Source: Anthoceros angustus (Eukaryota > Plantae > Anthocerotophyta). Taken from it: 64,000 nucleotides of DNA. The stretch is taken from positions 248,001 through 312,000 of the forward strand of contig MU008183.1 of NCBI GenBank assembly GCA_010909165.1, given 5' to 3'. This document shows, piece after piece, positions 1 to 11,900 of this stretch. The notes under the pieces were generated by a model, which was not told the origin of the DNA, ran no database searches, and saw only the letters and a list, made by a program, of their open reading frames with translations. How positions within the stretch are numbered: the first letter of the stretch is position 1; each line of letters opens with the position of its first letter. The position numbers and the translations under genes were made by a program.

Positions 1-2499
1 TTGAGCATGGGGATGACGGCGAAGAACACCAGGAACATGCCTCCCACGATGCTGGACAGGAGCATGGAGAGCCAGGTGTTCGGCGGAAGGTTCCCAGCCC
101 GGCTGTGAGGCCCCGATGACGAAGGCTGTGGAGATGGTGAGGCTGGAGGACGTGTAGGCTATACCTTTGCGGAGCTTCTTCACCTCCTTCTCGATGAAGT
201 GTTCCGGCTTGGGCATGACGATGCGGATGGAGAGCACCAGAGTGTAGACGGCGAAGAAGAAGGAGAGGGTGTTGAAGGACCAGAATCCCCTCACAGCCCA
301 GGGTCTGTAAGTCCCGAAGGCCCCGCCGAAAGGGGCTGCAGGAACCCGCCGAAGGTGACGCTGGCGATGAGAGAGCCGCCTACGATTAGGGCGTTGGCGG
401 CGTTGTGGAAGCTCTGCTTGTCCTGGAACATCCTCTCCATGAACATGCGTACGTCCTTCCTTCCCAGGAGGCAATCCATGGCTTCTTGCCACTGTACCAC
501 ACTAGTTGCAGTGCCCTCTGCTTGTCTTGGTTTTCATGTTTGCCTGCAGCTTGCGTTCTCCGCACACCAGGTTGATGATGTGTATTCTCCTCTCGTATAT
601 TGCGATGTGCAGGACGGTGTCTCCTGTGCTGGTTTGCGCATTGAGCTCCAGAGCGGGGATTTCCAGCATCCTTGTGAACACATCCAACTGGCCCCGGTGG
701 GCAGCAATGTGGAGTGGCGTCATGTTGGAGTAGCATCTGTCAGCATGTACTTGTCTGCTGGTTTGCGTTGACGGGAGCCCTGTAGAACTGTTCTTGGGGT
801 GTAAGGCACGGTTTATCAAAGCCTCCACCCTGGTCTGAGCATTCTGGACTTCGGCTGTGCCACTTGCCAACAACTGCCGCAAAGCCTGTAGAGCGGGGCC
901 TACTCTTGAGCCTGAGAGCATCTTCATCAAGTGGTCCAGTCTGTCCTGATCAACTCCTGGGGCAGTGAGTATCTGCCGGAGCACCTCGAGATGGTCTCGG
1001 TAGGTAGCCGCATGCGGATCACACAAGCGAGCGGAGCATTTGTCACCGTGCTTGAGAATGTGGAATTCTGTGTGGGCATTCACATTCAGCTTGTACTGGG
1101 AGAGCAGCTGGATGAGAACATCTTCGTGGCCCCAGTAAGCTGCGAGATGCAGAGATGTCATTCCCTTGTAGTTATGGCCGTTGAGGATGAAGTTGCAGCT
1201 GCCGGTCTTGGTGTTCAGCAGCATCCCCGTTCTCAGATCATTCACCAGAATCCCTAGGATATCAGATTGGCCCCTGTAAGCAGCAATGTGGACGGCAGTC
1301 ATATAGTCACACTGGGAATACTTGTCGGGGTAGAATCTCAGGCCCTTGGTCCGCATCATCACATCCACTCTCTGATCTGCTAGCAACTTGGCCAAGACTT
1401 CCAGATTCCTTCCCCACAGGGCGGCGCAGTGGAGAGGACTCGTCCCATACTGCTCCTCAACAGCGTTCACTTCAATGGCGCCGTGCAAGAGCAGCTCAGT
1501 CACGACATTCACATTGCCCATCTCTGCAGCCAGATGAAGAGCAGTGTCTCCCCGCTTCTCAAATCCCTCTCTTGCAAACACCACAGTGCTGTGGACCGTG
1601 GCATCCACCAGCTGAGGGCGAAGGAGTTTCCAGGAAACCTTTGCCATCTCCTCAAGGGCAGCCTCACTGATGGCACCAGTGCCGACCTTGGCATTGATTT
1701 GGATCTGGGCATGGTGGATAAGCAGCTTCACCACCTCAACCTGGTCACCAGGCATCCAACAGGCCACATGCAACGGAGTGAACTTCCCAACTTCGTCCTT
1801 GGGATTCACATCAATCTCTGGATCCGCCAGCAACACTTTGACAACAGCAGAATGGCCGTGCCGACAGGCATAGTGAAGGGCAGTGCGTTGCAGGCAGTCC
1901 TTGGCATTGATGAAATCTGCAGAGGCCTTGCGGAGGGCCTTGCGGGACGCCGAGAGCAGAACCTGAACGACTTCCGCATGCCCCACATCTGCTGCCATGT
2001 GAAGAACCGTATGACCCTCCGCAGTCACTGCATCCAGCTTCACCCCGATCCCTTCCAGGAGCACGTTCACGACTTCCAGATGGCCACGGAAGGCTGCCAT
2101 GTGCAGCGCACTGATGTCCCCTTTGCAGTGCGCATTCACATCGGTGCCCTCCTTTAACTGATCCTTCACTTGCTTCACCTGACCTGTCCATGCCGCAATG
2201 TGCAGAGGCTTGATGTCCAGATCACGGTGAACCTTGTCAGCCAGCAGCGAGACCGAGAGCGAGGGGAAGCTGTTCAGGATCAACTCCACAACTCTATCAT
2301 GGTTGTTCTCGGCAGCCTTGAGCAAACCCAGAACCACGTCTTTCTCTGACAGAATCTCAGCAACCCCATGATTGCTCCCCAGTATCTCCTTCACCTTCTC
2401 AAGCTCCCCATCCTCAGCGGCGTCCACGAACGGGATAGCATTGGTCACAACTAGATCGAACTCCACTCCGTTCCCAAAGATGGGATTATTTCTTTCCAT
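1..2499 (-). CDS. Ankyrin-repeat transmembrane protein (ACD6/ITN1-like, ANK + PGG domain); frameshifted near 500 and further downstream; 3' end outside window
   Basis: ATG at 2499. The ORF 502-2499 has about 13 ankyrin repeats (PLHIAAWTG, ALHMAAFRGH, ALHYACRHGH, ALHLAAEMGN, etc.). Shifted frames continue with PGG-like ALIVGGSLIASVTFGGFLQP (291-500) and then, by hand translation of 1-300, hydrophobic helices FWSFNTLSFFFAVYTLVLSIRIVMP and LLSSIVGGMFLVFFAVIPML. Confidence 0.85.
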
Positions 2500-3276
2500 T
2501 CAAATCCAGTCCCTCCCTGCAGACGGAAGTGTCATGAAGCCGCTAGCAATCAGTATCTCCAGTAGTAGTCTGACCCTCCTCCTCTGTATGTCTGGGTTCG
2601 AGGCAAGGATTCCAGGCTACTAACAACGGCTGAGTCAGGACCACACACTGCAAGGACCATGTCTCACGGTTTGTCAGAGATGGGAGCAGGATGCAACTTT
2701 TACATTTTACCAGCGACAATGCCACCAAGCTTGAGCGTGTCAGCTAGAAGGATGCCGCTGATGACAAGGGTCCTGCAGACACAAACACAGATTCGAAAGC
2801 TGCTGCAGATGAGAGAAGGCTTGCCTTCCTCACCTTGCCAAGGCTGCACCAACAATTCCAGGAGTCCAGGAGTCCAAGACGACTGAGTTGTTGGAAGCAA
2901 ACAGTACAAATGATGCGTGCACGGGGTCGGATTCAATGGCCTCGTGCTGGCATCGTGACGACTGACGACATGACCCGCCGGTCGCTACAAACGACGTGAG
3001 GTGACGTGCCCACCCCGGAGCTGCAAGCCAATGAAGCCGCCTGCTCGCCTGTCTGCTCCGTTCCCGATGTCAAACATGCATTTACGTGTGATGGAAAAGC
3101 TTGAAAAACAGCTTTCCGCGCTTGTTGCCGTAGAAAGACAGAAGATAAAGCTGCAGCCCAATGTAAGGTCAATTAACTGCTATATACTGGTGGATATGCC
3201 GTTGTGGTGCCAGAGTGGTTATCAGATATGTCTTAAAATTACGTGGGTTCGCCCGCGCCGGTTCAAATCATTCCCA

Positions 3277-3402
3277 CCACGTACAAATGAATGTGTCAAA
3301 AGAATTTTTAACTACACACCACGTACAAATGAATGTGTCAAAAGAATTTTTAACTACACACCACGTATAAATGAATGTGTCAAAAGAATTTTTAACTACA
3401 CA
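3277..3402. repeat. 42-bp tandem repeat, 3 copies
   Basis: CCACGTACAAATGAATGTGTCAAAAGAATTTTTAACTACACA at 3277, 3319 and 3361, with one substitution in copy 3. Confidence 0.95.
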
Positions 3403-3641
3403 CATACTGCTGGGCCCTCGTTTTAGCAAATTCGGAGACCTTATAGATATTTTTCTTTTTTCAGCAAATCTAATATGCAAATATAGGTGCAAACCAATTT
3501 ATGTATGAGGAAGTAGCGTTGTGCCAACTCTAAACACAAATTCGTGGCGGCTCGGAGTGATAGCTTTGGCCTCCTCACAACACTCTTACATTTCACGAGG
3601 CCGGTATGATGTGAGCTTGTCGCTGTGAAAGTCTATATAGA

Positions 3642-5021
3642 TGTGGCGCGACTTCGGCACGGTAGGCGCGCAAAAATGTCGTTGTAGTAAGTGTTCATGG
3701 ACCTCGTGCTTGATACCTCTGACCTACAAGCCCAAGCGGACTTGACCAGGTTGGGTCCGGCTCCACAACCCTAAGTGTGTGCCCTCCACAACTCGTCGGA
3801 CCACCGCAGCACCACCGGACCTCCCCACAAACCCCGGGTTTCAAACTCTGAACGGGGTTTAACGGCCAGCGTGCTCAATGATGCTCGTGCTTGCGCTCCT
3901 CGGCCTCTCGTATAGCTCCACCTCAGCCAGAGCCCGCACAGCTCTTCCTCCCTATCCATCCAGGATAGTAATCACAACACCAACACGCCGATGTACTCGC
4001 GCGAGCCACCTTTGCTCCCTCCGGTGGCTTCACGTTGCGAGAGTGGCTTGACTGCAACACGACCTCCGTTCCGGCCTCAAGGATGGCTTCCGCCAGGTCA
4101 TCCACAGCGCCCCTAACCTCGGTGGCTTCACGTTGCGAGAGTGGCTTGACTGCAACACGACCTCCGTTCCAGCGGCCTCCGGGGATGGCTTCCGCCAGGT
4201 CATCCACAGCGCCCCTAACCTCGGTGGCTTCACGTTGCGAGAGTGGCTTGACTGCAACACGACCTCCGTTCAGCCGACCTCCAAGGTTAGTCCACAGAAA
4301 TCACCCGCGAGCACCTCCACAGGCCTGGTCCAGGCAGTGTGCACCCATGGCGTGTTGGCGGAGCTCGTCACCGAGCTCTAAACACATCCTCTACCACCAA
4401 TTAATCCTCTGGCGGTGTGCAGAACTCACTCCGCCTCGAGCACAGGCGAAACCTGCGGGCTGCGCGAAGATGGTACCGGATGATGCCGTCTTGGGCCAGC
4501 CTTCCTATATACCCCATACCCTAATCTAACCCGCCTATGTATGTACTAACTGGGTCGTAATGCACGGGGCAGCTCAGCTCATTTGCAACGGACTTCTTCC
4601 ACGCTACTTTCTAGCGCGATGTCCGTTCAAACTATGCCAACTAGACTACGCCGCGAGGCCGAGACCACTCCGTCGGACCTCGCCGGACGGACCACTCCGT
4701 CGGACCTCGACCGGACAGACCACTCCGTCGGACTTCGACCGGACGGACCACTCCGTCGGACCTCGACCGAACCACTCCGTCGGACCTCGACCGGACCACT
4801 CCGTCGGACCTCGATCGGACGGACCACTCCTTCGGACCTCGACCGGACCACTCCGTCGGACCTGTTCGCGCCCCAACGGACCCAGGGTTAGGGATTGCAC
4901 TCTAAGTGCAATCTGGCCAAAACGGCCTTATTGGCTAACTCCTCCTATCCCTCTCTTATGACCCAAAAAAACAAAACAAGCCTAAAACCGATCGCGAGTG
5001 CGGACATCGGTTTGGCACTCC
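3642..5021 (-). repeat. 3' LTR (~1.4 kb) with internal ~100-bp x3 repeat (4023-4270) and GGACCACTCCGTCGGACCTCG minisatellite (4660-4865)
   Basis: Homologous end to end with 6921-8408. On the minus strand it is preceded by the purine run GAGAAGGGAGAG (PPT, ~5022-5033). TATA-like TATATAG on the minus strand near 4505. Confidence 0.85.
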
Positions 5022-5424
5022 CTCTCCCTTCTCACATGGCGGCCTCGCCAACACCCCGGGCAATACTCAGCTCCTCCCTTCGGACTCTCCCCTTCTCAGC
5101 TTTTACTATCTCCGCAGGTGTCAGCAAAGTTCGGCCACATTGGTATCTCTTTCTTTTCAAGATTCATCCTCCGTTGAGGATGAGTCGCCCTTCTCCTCCA
5201 AGGTTGATGTGCCGTCCTCTTTAGCGCCCATGCCCCTCTTCTTTCTCCTTTTTAGCATGCTAGGCCTCACGCTAGATTCGCACCCTCGGCGTCCGATCCT
5301 GTGCATCCTCCCTACTTCTATATACTCCACACACTGCCCGACAGCTACACCCATCCACACCCGTAGTCCGGCAGTCGTCCTACTCCTACCTACTAACTCA
5401 GGCAGCAGTCCACAACAATACCAT

Positions 5425-5442
5425 TCCCCGGCAACGGCGCCA
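5425..5442 (-). other. Primer-binding site complementary to tRNA-Asp 3' end
   Basis: Minus strand reads TGGCGCCGTTGCCGGGGA, 3 nt after an LTR end (...GCGCCACA). This is the canonical Athila PBS. Degenerate copies lie at ~6095-6105 and ~6910-6917. Confidence 0.9.
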
Positions 5443-5445
5443 AAA

Positions 5446-6920
5446 TGTGGCGCGACTTTCGTGACGGCCGGCCGGGCGCGCAATCCGTGTCGTTGTAGTT
5501 GTTCCACGAGGAATGGACTCGTGCTTGTTCTGAGCTCTACCTCTCTGGCGAGCGGACTTCATCAGGTTGGGTCCGGCTCCACAACCCTAAGTGTGTGCCC
5601 CTCCACAACTCGTCGGACCCAGCGCACCGGACCTCCCCACAAACCCGGGGTTTCTCGATACCCGGAAGGTTTAACGACGCGTTCCTCCGTCGATCTGCGT
5701 ACTCAAGCGCTCCAGGCTCCTCAACTCACGCCATAGCTCCACCTCAACACCCAGTTGGCAATCTTCCTCCTATCCATCCCCGGATAGTAATCACAACACC
5801 AACACGCCCGATGTACTCACACCGAGCCACCTTTGCTCCCTCAGTGCTTCACGCTCATGGAGAAGTGGCTTGACTGCATCCCCAGCCTCCGTTCGGCCTC
5901 AAGGATGGCCATTGAGTCACCCCAAGCACCTCCCAATCCCCTCCTACCGGTTCACGTTCTGCGGAGAGTAAGCCATGACTGCAACCCCACTTGCCGCAGC
6001 CTCCGGGGATGGCTTCCGCCAGGTCATCCACAGTAGTCCCAAGGCGGTCGTCTCTCCACCTACTAACTCGGGCAAAGCAGCCACAACAATACCATTCCCG
6101 GCGCCAAAATGTGCGCGACTTTCGTGACGCAAGCGACAATCCTGTCGCGTTGTAGTGCGGGTCCCGCCCGCACGGACTCCAAAAGCTTGTTCTACCGAGC
6201 TCTACAACTCCAATGACCGCAATCCGGACTTCAGGTCCGGCGGCTCCACAACCCTAAGTGTGTGCCCCTCCACAACTCGTCGGACCACGCTAACCACCGG
6301 ACCTCCCCACAAACCCCGCCCAAGCCCGACACTGAACAGTTTAACGACGCGTTCCTCCGATATCTGCCAGCTGGGCCTCCAAGGCTTCCTCAACTCCGTC
6401 TGCCATAGCTCCACCTCAACACCACAAGCGCAACGCCGGCCCTCTTCCTCCTTATCCATCCCCGATAAGACCTCACAACACCAACACGCCCGATGTACTC
6501 ACACCGAGCCACCTTTGCCTCCTCCACCTCATGCCCGGAGAAGTGGCTTGACTGCATCCCCATTGCCTGCCACTCTCCTGCTGATGTAGCCTGCCTCAGC
6601 AGTCACCCCAAGCACCTCCCAATCCCCTCAGTGCTTCACGCTCATGGAGAAGTGGCTTGACTGCAACCCCACGACCTCCGTTCCAGCCTCGGGGATGGCT
6701 TCCGCCAGGTCATCCACAGCGCCCCTAACCCCTCAGGGCTTCACGCTCATGCGGGGTGGCTTCACTGCAACCCCACGACCTCCGTTCCTGCATCCTCCCT
6801 ACTTCTATATACTCCACACTTGCTTGCCCGTATGCTATCCACTTTGCGTAGTCGGCGATCGTCCCTCACCACACTAACTCAGGCGGCCCGGTCCAGCATT
6901 ACGATTCCTTGGCGCCAAAA
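5446..6920 (-). repeat. Two internally deleted extra LTR copies (starting 5446 and 6110), each with PBS-side internal sequence
   Basis: The LTR terminus TGTG(G)CGCGACTTTCGTGACG and the block GGCTCCACAACCCTAAGTGTGTGCCCCTCCACAACTCGTCGGACC recur at 5446, 6110 and 6921. Confidence 0.8.
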
Positions 6921-8408
6921 TGTGGCGCGACTTTCGTGACGGCCGGTAAGGCGCTCTGATCACGATGTCGTTGTAGTAAGTCCAGTTCCGAGGAATGGAC
7001 TCGTGCTTGATACACTGACTCTACAACCTCTGGCCGAGCGGACTTCATCGAGGTTGGGGGCGGCTCCACAACCCTAAGTGTGTGCCCCTCCACAACTCGT
7101 CGGACCACCGCGCAGCCACCGGACCTCCCCACAAACCCCAGCGGGTTTCTCCGGTACCTAGGAGCAGGTTTAACGACGCGTTCCTCCGTCGGACCTCGCC
7201 GGACCTCGGCCGGACCACTCCGTCGGACCTCGGCCGGACCACTCCGGACCTCGGCCGGGCAGACCACTCCTCCTATCCATCCCGGATAGTAATCCACACA
7301 CAATGTGATGTACTCACGAGCCACCTTTGCTCCCTCAGTGCTTCCAGCGTTCTGCGGAGAAGTGGCTTGTGACACCATCCCCGGCCTCCGTTCGGCCTCA
7401 AGGATGGCTTGTGAGTCACCCAAGCACCTCCCAATCCCCTCAGTGCTTCACGTTGCGGAGAAGTGGCTTGACTGCAACCCCACGACCTCCGTTCCAGCCT
7501 CGGGGATGGCTTCCGCCCGCCAGGTCATCCACAGCGCCCCCTAACCCCTCCGGTGGCTTCCGTTGCGGGGTGGCTTGACTGCAACCCCACGGCCTCCGTT
7601 CAAGACCTCCAAGGTTAGTCCCGCACCCCTAGAAATCACCCGCGAGCACCTCCCGAGCTCAGTCCGACCGTGTGCACCCATCAAGCGTGTTGGCGGAGCT
7701 CGTCACGAGCTCTAAACACATCCTCTACCACCAATTAATCTTGCGGTGACGCAGAACTCACTCCGCTCTCGAGCACGGAGGCAAGGTGAAGGCACACATG
7801 AAATGGTACCCGGATAGTCTGCCTTGACGCCAGCCTTCCTATATACCCCCACATACCCTAATCTAACCCGCCTATGTATGTACCCTAACCTGGTCGTAAT
7901 GCTTGGCCAGACGTAGCTCATCATTACAGCGGACTTCTTCCAGCCTTTCATGCCAAATCGTTTCCAAACTATGACTTCAAACTACGGCAGACCCTCCGTC
8001 CGGACCTCGATCGGACGGACCCTCCGTCGGACCTCGGCCGGGCAGACCACTCCGTCGGACTTGGCCGGGCAGACCATTCCGTCGGACCTCGATCGGACGG
8101 ACCACTCCGTCGGACCTCGGCCGGACCACTCCGTCGGACCTCGATCGGACGGACCCTCCGTCGGACCTCGGCCGGACCACTCCGTCGGACCTCGATCGGA
8201 CGGACCTCGGACCTCGGCCGGACCCTCCGTCGGTTCAGCCGGACCACTCCGTCGGACACATTGCGGACCGGGGTTAGGGATTGCACTCTAAGTGCAATCA
8301 AACCTTATTGGCTAACTCCTCCTATCCCTCTTAAGCGAACGCACTCAAAAACAAAACAAGCCTAAAACCAGTCGCCAGGAGTGCGGACATCGGTTTTGGC
8401 ACTCCACA
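6921..8408 (-). repeat. 5' LTR (~1.5 kb) with GGACCACTCCGTCGGACCTCG minisatellite (7990-8260)
   Basis: Homologous to 3642-5021. Ends in ...GGCACTCCACA followed by the ATAGA TSD. Confidence 0.85.
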
Positions 8409-8809
8409 ATAGATATACTAGCCCTTGGCATTAGCATATTCCTAAGATATCCCATTAGCATCAGCATATGCCGAAAATATGCAAAGAATACACTATAATG
8501 TGCAAGGAATGTGCTAAAGCATATTACTTGTGTTTATCCACTTAGCTATTGCTAACCATGTTTAATTAACACTAATCAATGTTTATTTAACATAAATCAC
8601 TTCATAATAATTAATACTAATTACTTACTTAATGATAAGTCATTAGATTAATTAATGCTAGATATAAATGAATTTAACGGAAATCAACAGCACTATCTCT
8701 TTCTGGAATAGATGCCAATATAGCAATTGACACACGGCCATTGAAAATTTCCCAATTTAGTAGTTGTCCAATAAGCGTGAAAACCTACCAAATTTGTAGT
8801 TTCTCATGG

Positions 8810-10430
8810 GGTATAAATGGGCGAGACCTAAATCGAAACCGCTCTCGGACTATGAACTTCAAAATCTTGTTATCCATTCTTCTTGCATGTAACTTTTCAT
8901 ATGATCTCGATTGTTAAGGTTTGTTCAATGAAGATTGATGTTCTCCTTTTAGAGGATGGGTGTATGCATAAATATTCCTATGTGTTAAGCAATTCATTCT
9001 CTCTATACTTGTTCTCTGAGTTTCCCTAGAGGCACGTAAATTACCCAAAGGGCGAAACCTAAACCGAAATAGATCCCCCGGACTATGAACTTCAAAATCT
9101 CATTATCCATACTCCTTGCAAATAACTTCTAATAATCGTGTGATCTACGGTTGTTAAGGTTTGTTCAATAAAGATTGATGTTCTCCTTTATAGAGGGATG
9201 TGTGTATGCATGTATTCGCGTGTTAAGCAATTCATTCTTTCTACTTGTTCCTACAGTTCCTAGAGGGCACGTAAATTACCCAAAGGGCGAGACCTAAACC
9301 GAAAGATTCCTCCGCCATGAACTTAAAATCTCACATTCTTGCAAATATCTTTTAATAATCGTGTGATCTATTGTTAAGGTTTGTTCAATGAAGATTCATG
9401 TTCTCCTTTATAGAGGGATGAGTGTATGCATGTGTCCTGCTAGAATTCATTCTCTCTACTTGTTCTCTGTTTCCCTAGAGGGCACGTAAATTACCCAAAG
9501 GGTGACACCTAAACCGAAAGATTCCTCCGACTATGAACTTAAAATCTCACATTCTTGCAAATATCTTTTAATAATCGTGTGATCTACGGTTGTTAAGGTA
9601 TGTTCCATGAAGATTCATGTTCTCCTTTATAGAGGGATGGGTGTATGCATGTATATTCGCGTGTTAATTCATTCATTCTACTTGTTCTCTGTTTCCCTAG
9701 AGGGCACGTAAATTACCCAAAGGCGAGACCTAAACCGAAAGATTTCCTCCGCACCATGAACTTAAAATCTCACATTCTTGCAAATATCTTTTAATAATCG
9801 TGTGATCTACGGTTGTTAAGGTTTGTTCAATGAAGATTCATGTTCTCCTTTATAGAGGGATGAGTTTATGCATGTGTATTCGCGTGTTAACGAATTCATT
9901 CTCTACTTGTTCTCACAGTTTCCCTAGAGGGCACGTAAATTACCCAAAGGGTGACCTAAACCGAAAAGATTCCTCCATGAACTTAAAAATCTCACATTCT
10001 TGCAAATATCTTTTAATAATCGTGTGATCTACGGTTGTTAAGGTTTGTTCAATGAAGATTGATGTTCTCCTTTATATAAGGATGGGTGCATGCATGTATA
10101 TTATTGTGCGTGTTAATTCATTCATTCTCTACTTGTTCTCTGTTTCCCTAGAGGGCACGTAAATTACCCAAAGGGCGAGACCTAAACCGAAAAGATTCCT
10201 CCACCATGAACTTCAAAATCTCACATTCTTGCAAATATCTTTTAATAATCGTGTGATTCAGAGTTGTTAAGGTTTGTTCAATGAAGATTGATGTTCTCCT
10301 TTATAGAGGGATGAGTTTATGCATGTATATTCATGTGTGTGTTAACGAATTCATTCTCTCTACTTGTTCCCTACAGGTTTCCCTAGAGGGCACGTTAATT
10401 ACCCAAAGGGCGGGACCTAAACCGAAAGAA
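8810..10430. repeat. AT-rich ~222-bp tandem (satellite-like) array, about 7 copies
   Basis: The anchor TTGTTAAGG recurs at about 8911, 9150, 9372, 9590, 9813, 10036 and 10265. Each unit contains CCCTAGAGGGCACGTAAATTACCCAAAGGG...CCTAAACCGAAA. Confidence 0.95.
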
Positions 10431-10458
10431 ATACTCCTATTTATCAATCTTTAAAATT

Positions 10459-10950
10459 ATGGAGTCCACAATGAAAATTGAAGTGAGAATGTTTCAAGAA
10501 AGATACATATGTGGAAAATGTATCGGTGAAGGAGGTTTTTCCAAAGTCTATGAATGCTATGACAAATATACAGGAAAGATATTTGCCTGCAAAATTATGA
10601 AAAAATCTAAAGACATAAATGATGCAATATGTAGAGAGATCAACACTCTTCGATCTCTTCCAAAATATTCTCATATTATTAACACAAAAAGTGTTCATGA
10701 GGATATTGAACATATTTATATTGTGATGGAGTTATGTACCTATGGTACACTAAAGGATGAACTAAAAAAAGGGGGAGCTTATTGTGAAGAGGATGCAAAA
10801 ATACTTATGTTTAACCCAATGGAGGCAATCAATTTTTGCCATAGGCATAATGTTATGCATCGCGATTTGAAACCGGCTAATATATTATTACTTAGCCGTC
10901 TCAAAGTCATACTAGCAGACTTTGGTTTGTCTGTTTCACGCAGATTATAG
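10459..10950 (+). pseudogene. AT-rich, intronless CDPK/PPCK-like Ser/Thr kinase, truncated just after DFG
   Basis: GEGGFSKV, FACKIMKK, REINTL, YIVMELC, HRDLKPANILL, ILADFGLSV, then a stop. No APE or subdomains IX-XI. Confidence 0.85.
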
Positions 10951-10989
10951 TGACTAAATCGCATGTTAGAATCTTGACGGGTTCGAAAA

Positions 10990-11900
10990 CCCTGATTTCT
11001 GCTGGCTCTAAGCGGGCTGCTCAAGCACGGGATGGCGGCATGCGAGAAGGAAAATTGGCATTTAGGGCTAGAAACGACTATTGTTGAAGTCCCACCTTGT
11101 AGCGTTGTCCACAGGAGAGAACTCCTAGCCTGCAGGGCAATGGACACCCATTGCCTGAAAAAAGCCATCACACAAGAAAAGGGGGAGACCAACCGCATTC
11201 TTGCATGTGGTGAGCTTTGCACAGCCTTGATGAACTGGAGAAATCCTTGCCCATGGCCCCGTGAGTCTCGATGGCAAGGGGGATGAAGGCGTGGCCCTTC
11301 TTGCATGGGCGAGTACTCGTGAATCTTCGTTGTCGTGCATCTCTCCACCACCCAACCTGGAGGGTTGATGATGACGTGCTTGCAGACAATGTCCCGGGCA
11401 AGGTCTGTTACGACCACATCCACAACGGAAACCTGGTCCCCACTTGGCCATCGAGAACATGACGTCGCGGACGGCATGATGCGTTGCCACGAGAGCGAGG
11501 GCTCGTGGCAGTCTAAAGCAGGCGGGCCAAAGGTTGGACCAAACCCAGGCGCAACCTCATCGCGGTAGAAAAAGAAGCCGGTGCGACTCGAAATACCTTG
11601 ATGCAAGGTCGCGCTAGAAGCCATGAACCTGCTCCCTTCCCCGAGCAAGAGCGGAGGCGAGCTCGAGCTGGTCAAGGAATGGAGGAATCCAGGAGCAGAG
11701 CTAGCTGCACATGCCCATACTGCTTCTCATGGAGGGAGGCCAAAAGGCCACGCAGCCCGTCCGCAGAGAACGAGGACGAATGCGGCATGACCGCCCTAGC
11801 CTCTGAGGATAGGACACCCCTGGCCAATCTTAAGGACAAGCATGCAAGGGGAAGGTGCCCTCCTCGACGCCCGAGATGAAGGCCTTCAAGATGCGGTAAC
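10990..11900 (-). mobile_element. 3' fragment of a CRE-clade (restriction-like endonuclease) non-LTR retrotransposon
   Basis: Minus-strand frames give VVDVVVTD, GHAFIPLAIETHGAMGKDF and FFRQWVSIALQ. 11600-11890 is homologous to the VEEGTF region of the 30.3-33.5 kb element. Confidence 0.75.

Larger units (their letters stand above)
3642..8408 (-). mobile_element. Non-autonomous Ty3/gypsy (Athila-type) LTR retrotransposon with large LTRs and no coding capacity
   Basis: Termini TGTGG...CCACA. The 5-bp direct repeat ATAGA flanks both ends (3637-3641 and 8409-8413). Homologous ~1.4-1.5 kb LTRs at both ends, tRNA-Asp PBS, purine tract next to the 3' LTR, no gag/pol motifs. Confidence 0.9.

Noticed and set aside
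199-2157. Plus-strand ORFs overlapping the ankyrin gene, and similar antisense ORFs over the PPR, protease and TE repeats
   Set aside because: Shadow ORFs caused by GC-rich codon usage or repeats; no domain evidence.
3277-3402. CRISPR-like 42-bp repeats
   Set aside because: Repeats are contiguous with no spacers.
4885-4912. Telomere-like GGTTAGGG and GATTGCAC-TCTAA-GTGCAATC hairpin (also ~8272-8299)
   Set aside because: A single unit within the LTR, not a telomeric array. The hairpin function is unsupported.
8377-8421. Helitron 3' end (GGAGTGC...GCACTCC hairpin, CTAG 12 nt later)
   Set aside because: The hairpin lies inside the LTR terminus, which is better explained by TG..CA ends and the ATAGA TSD. 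CTAG is not followed by T.
8810-10430. CRISPR-like array
   Set aside because: Units are homologous along their full length with no unique spacers, and the context is eukaryotic. It is a satellite.
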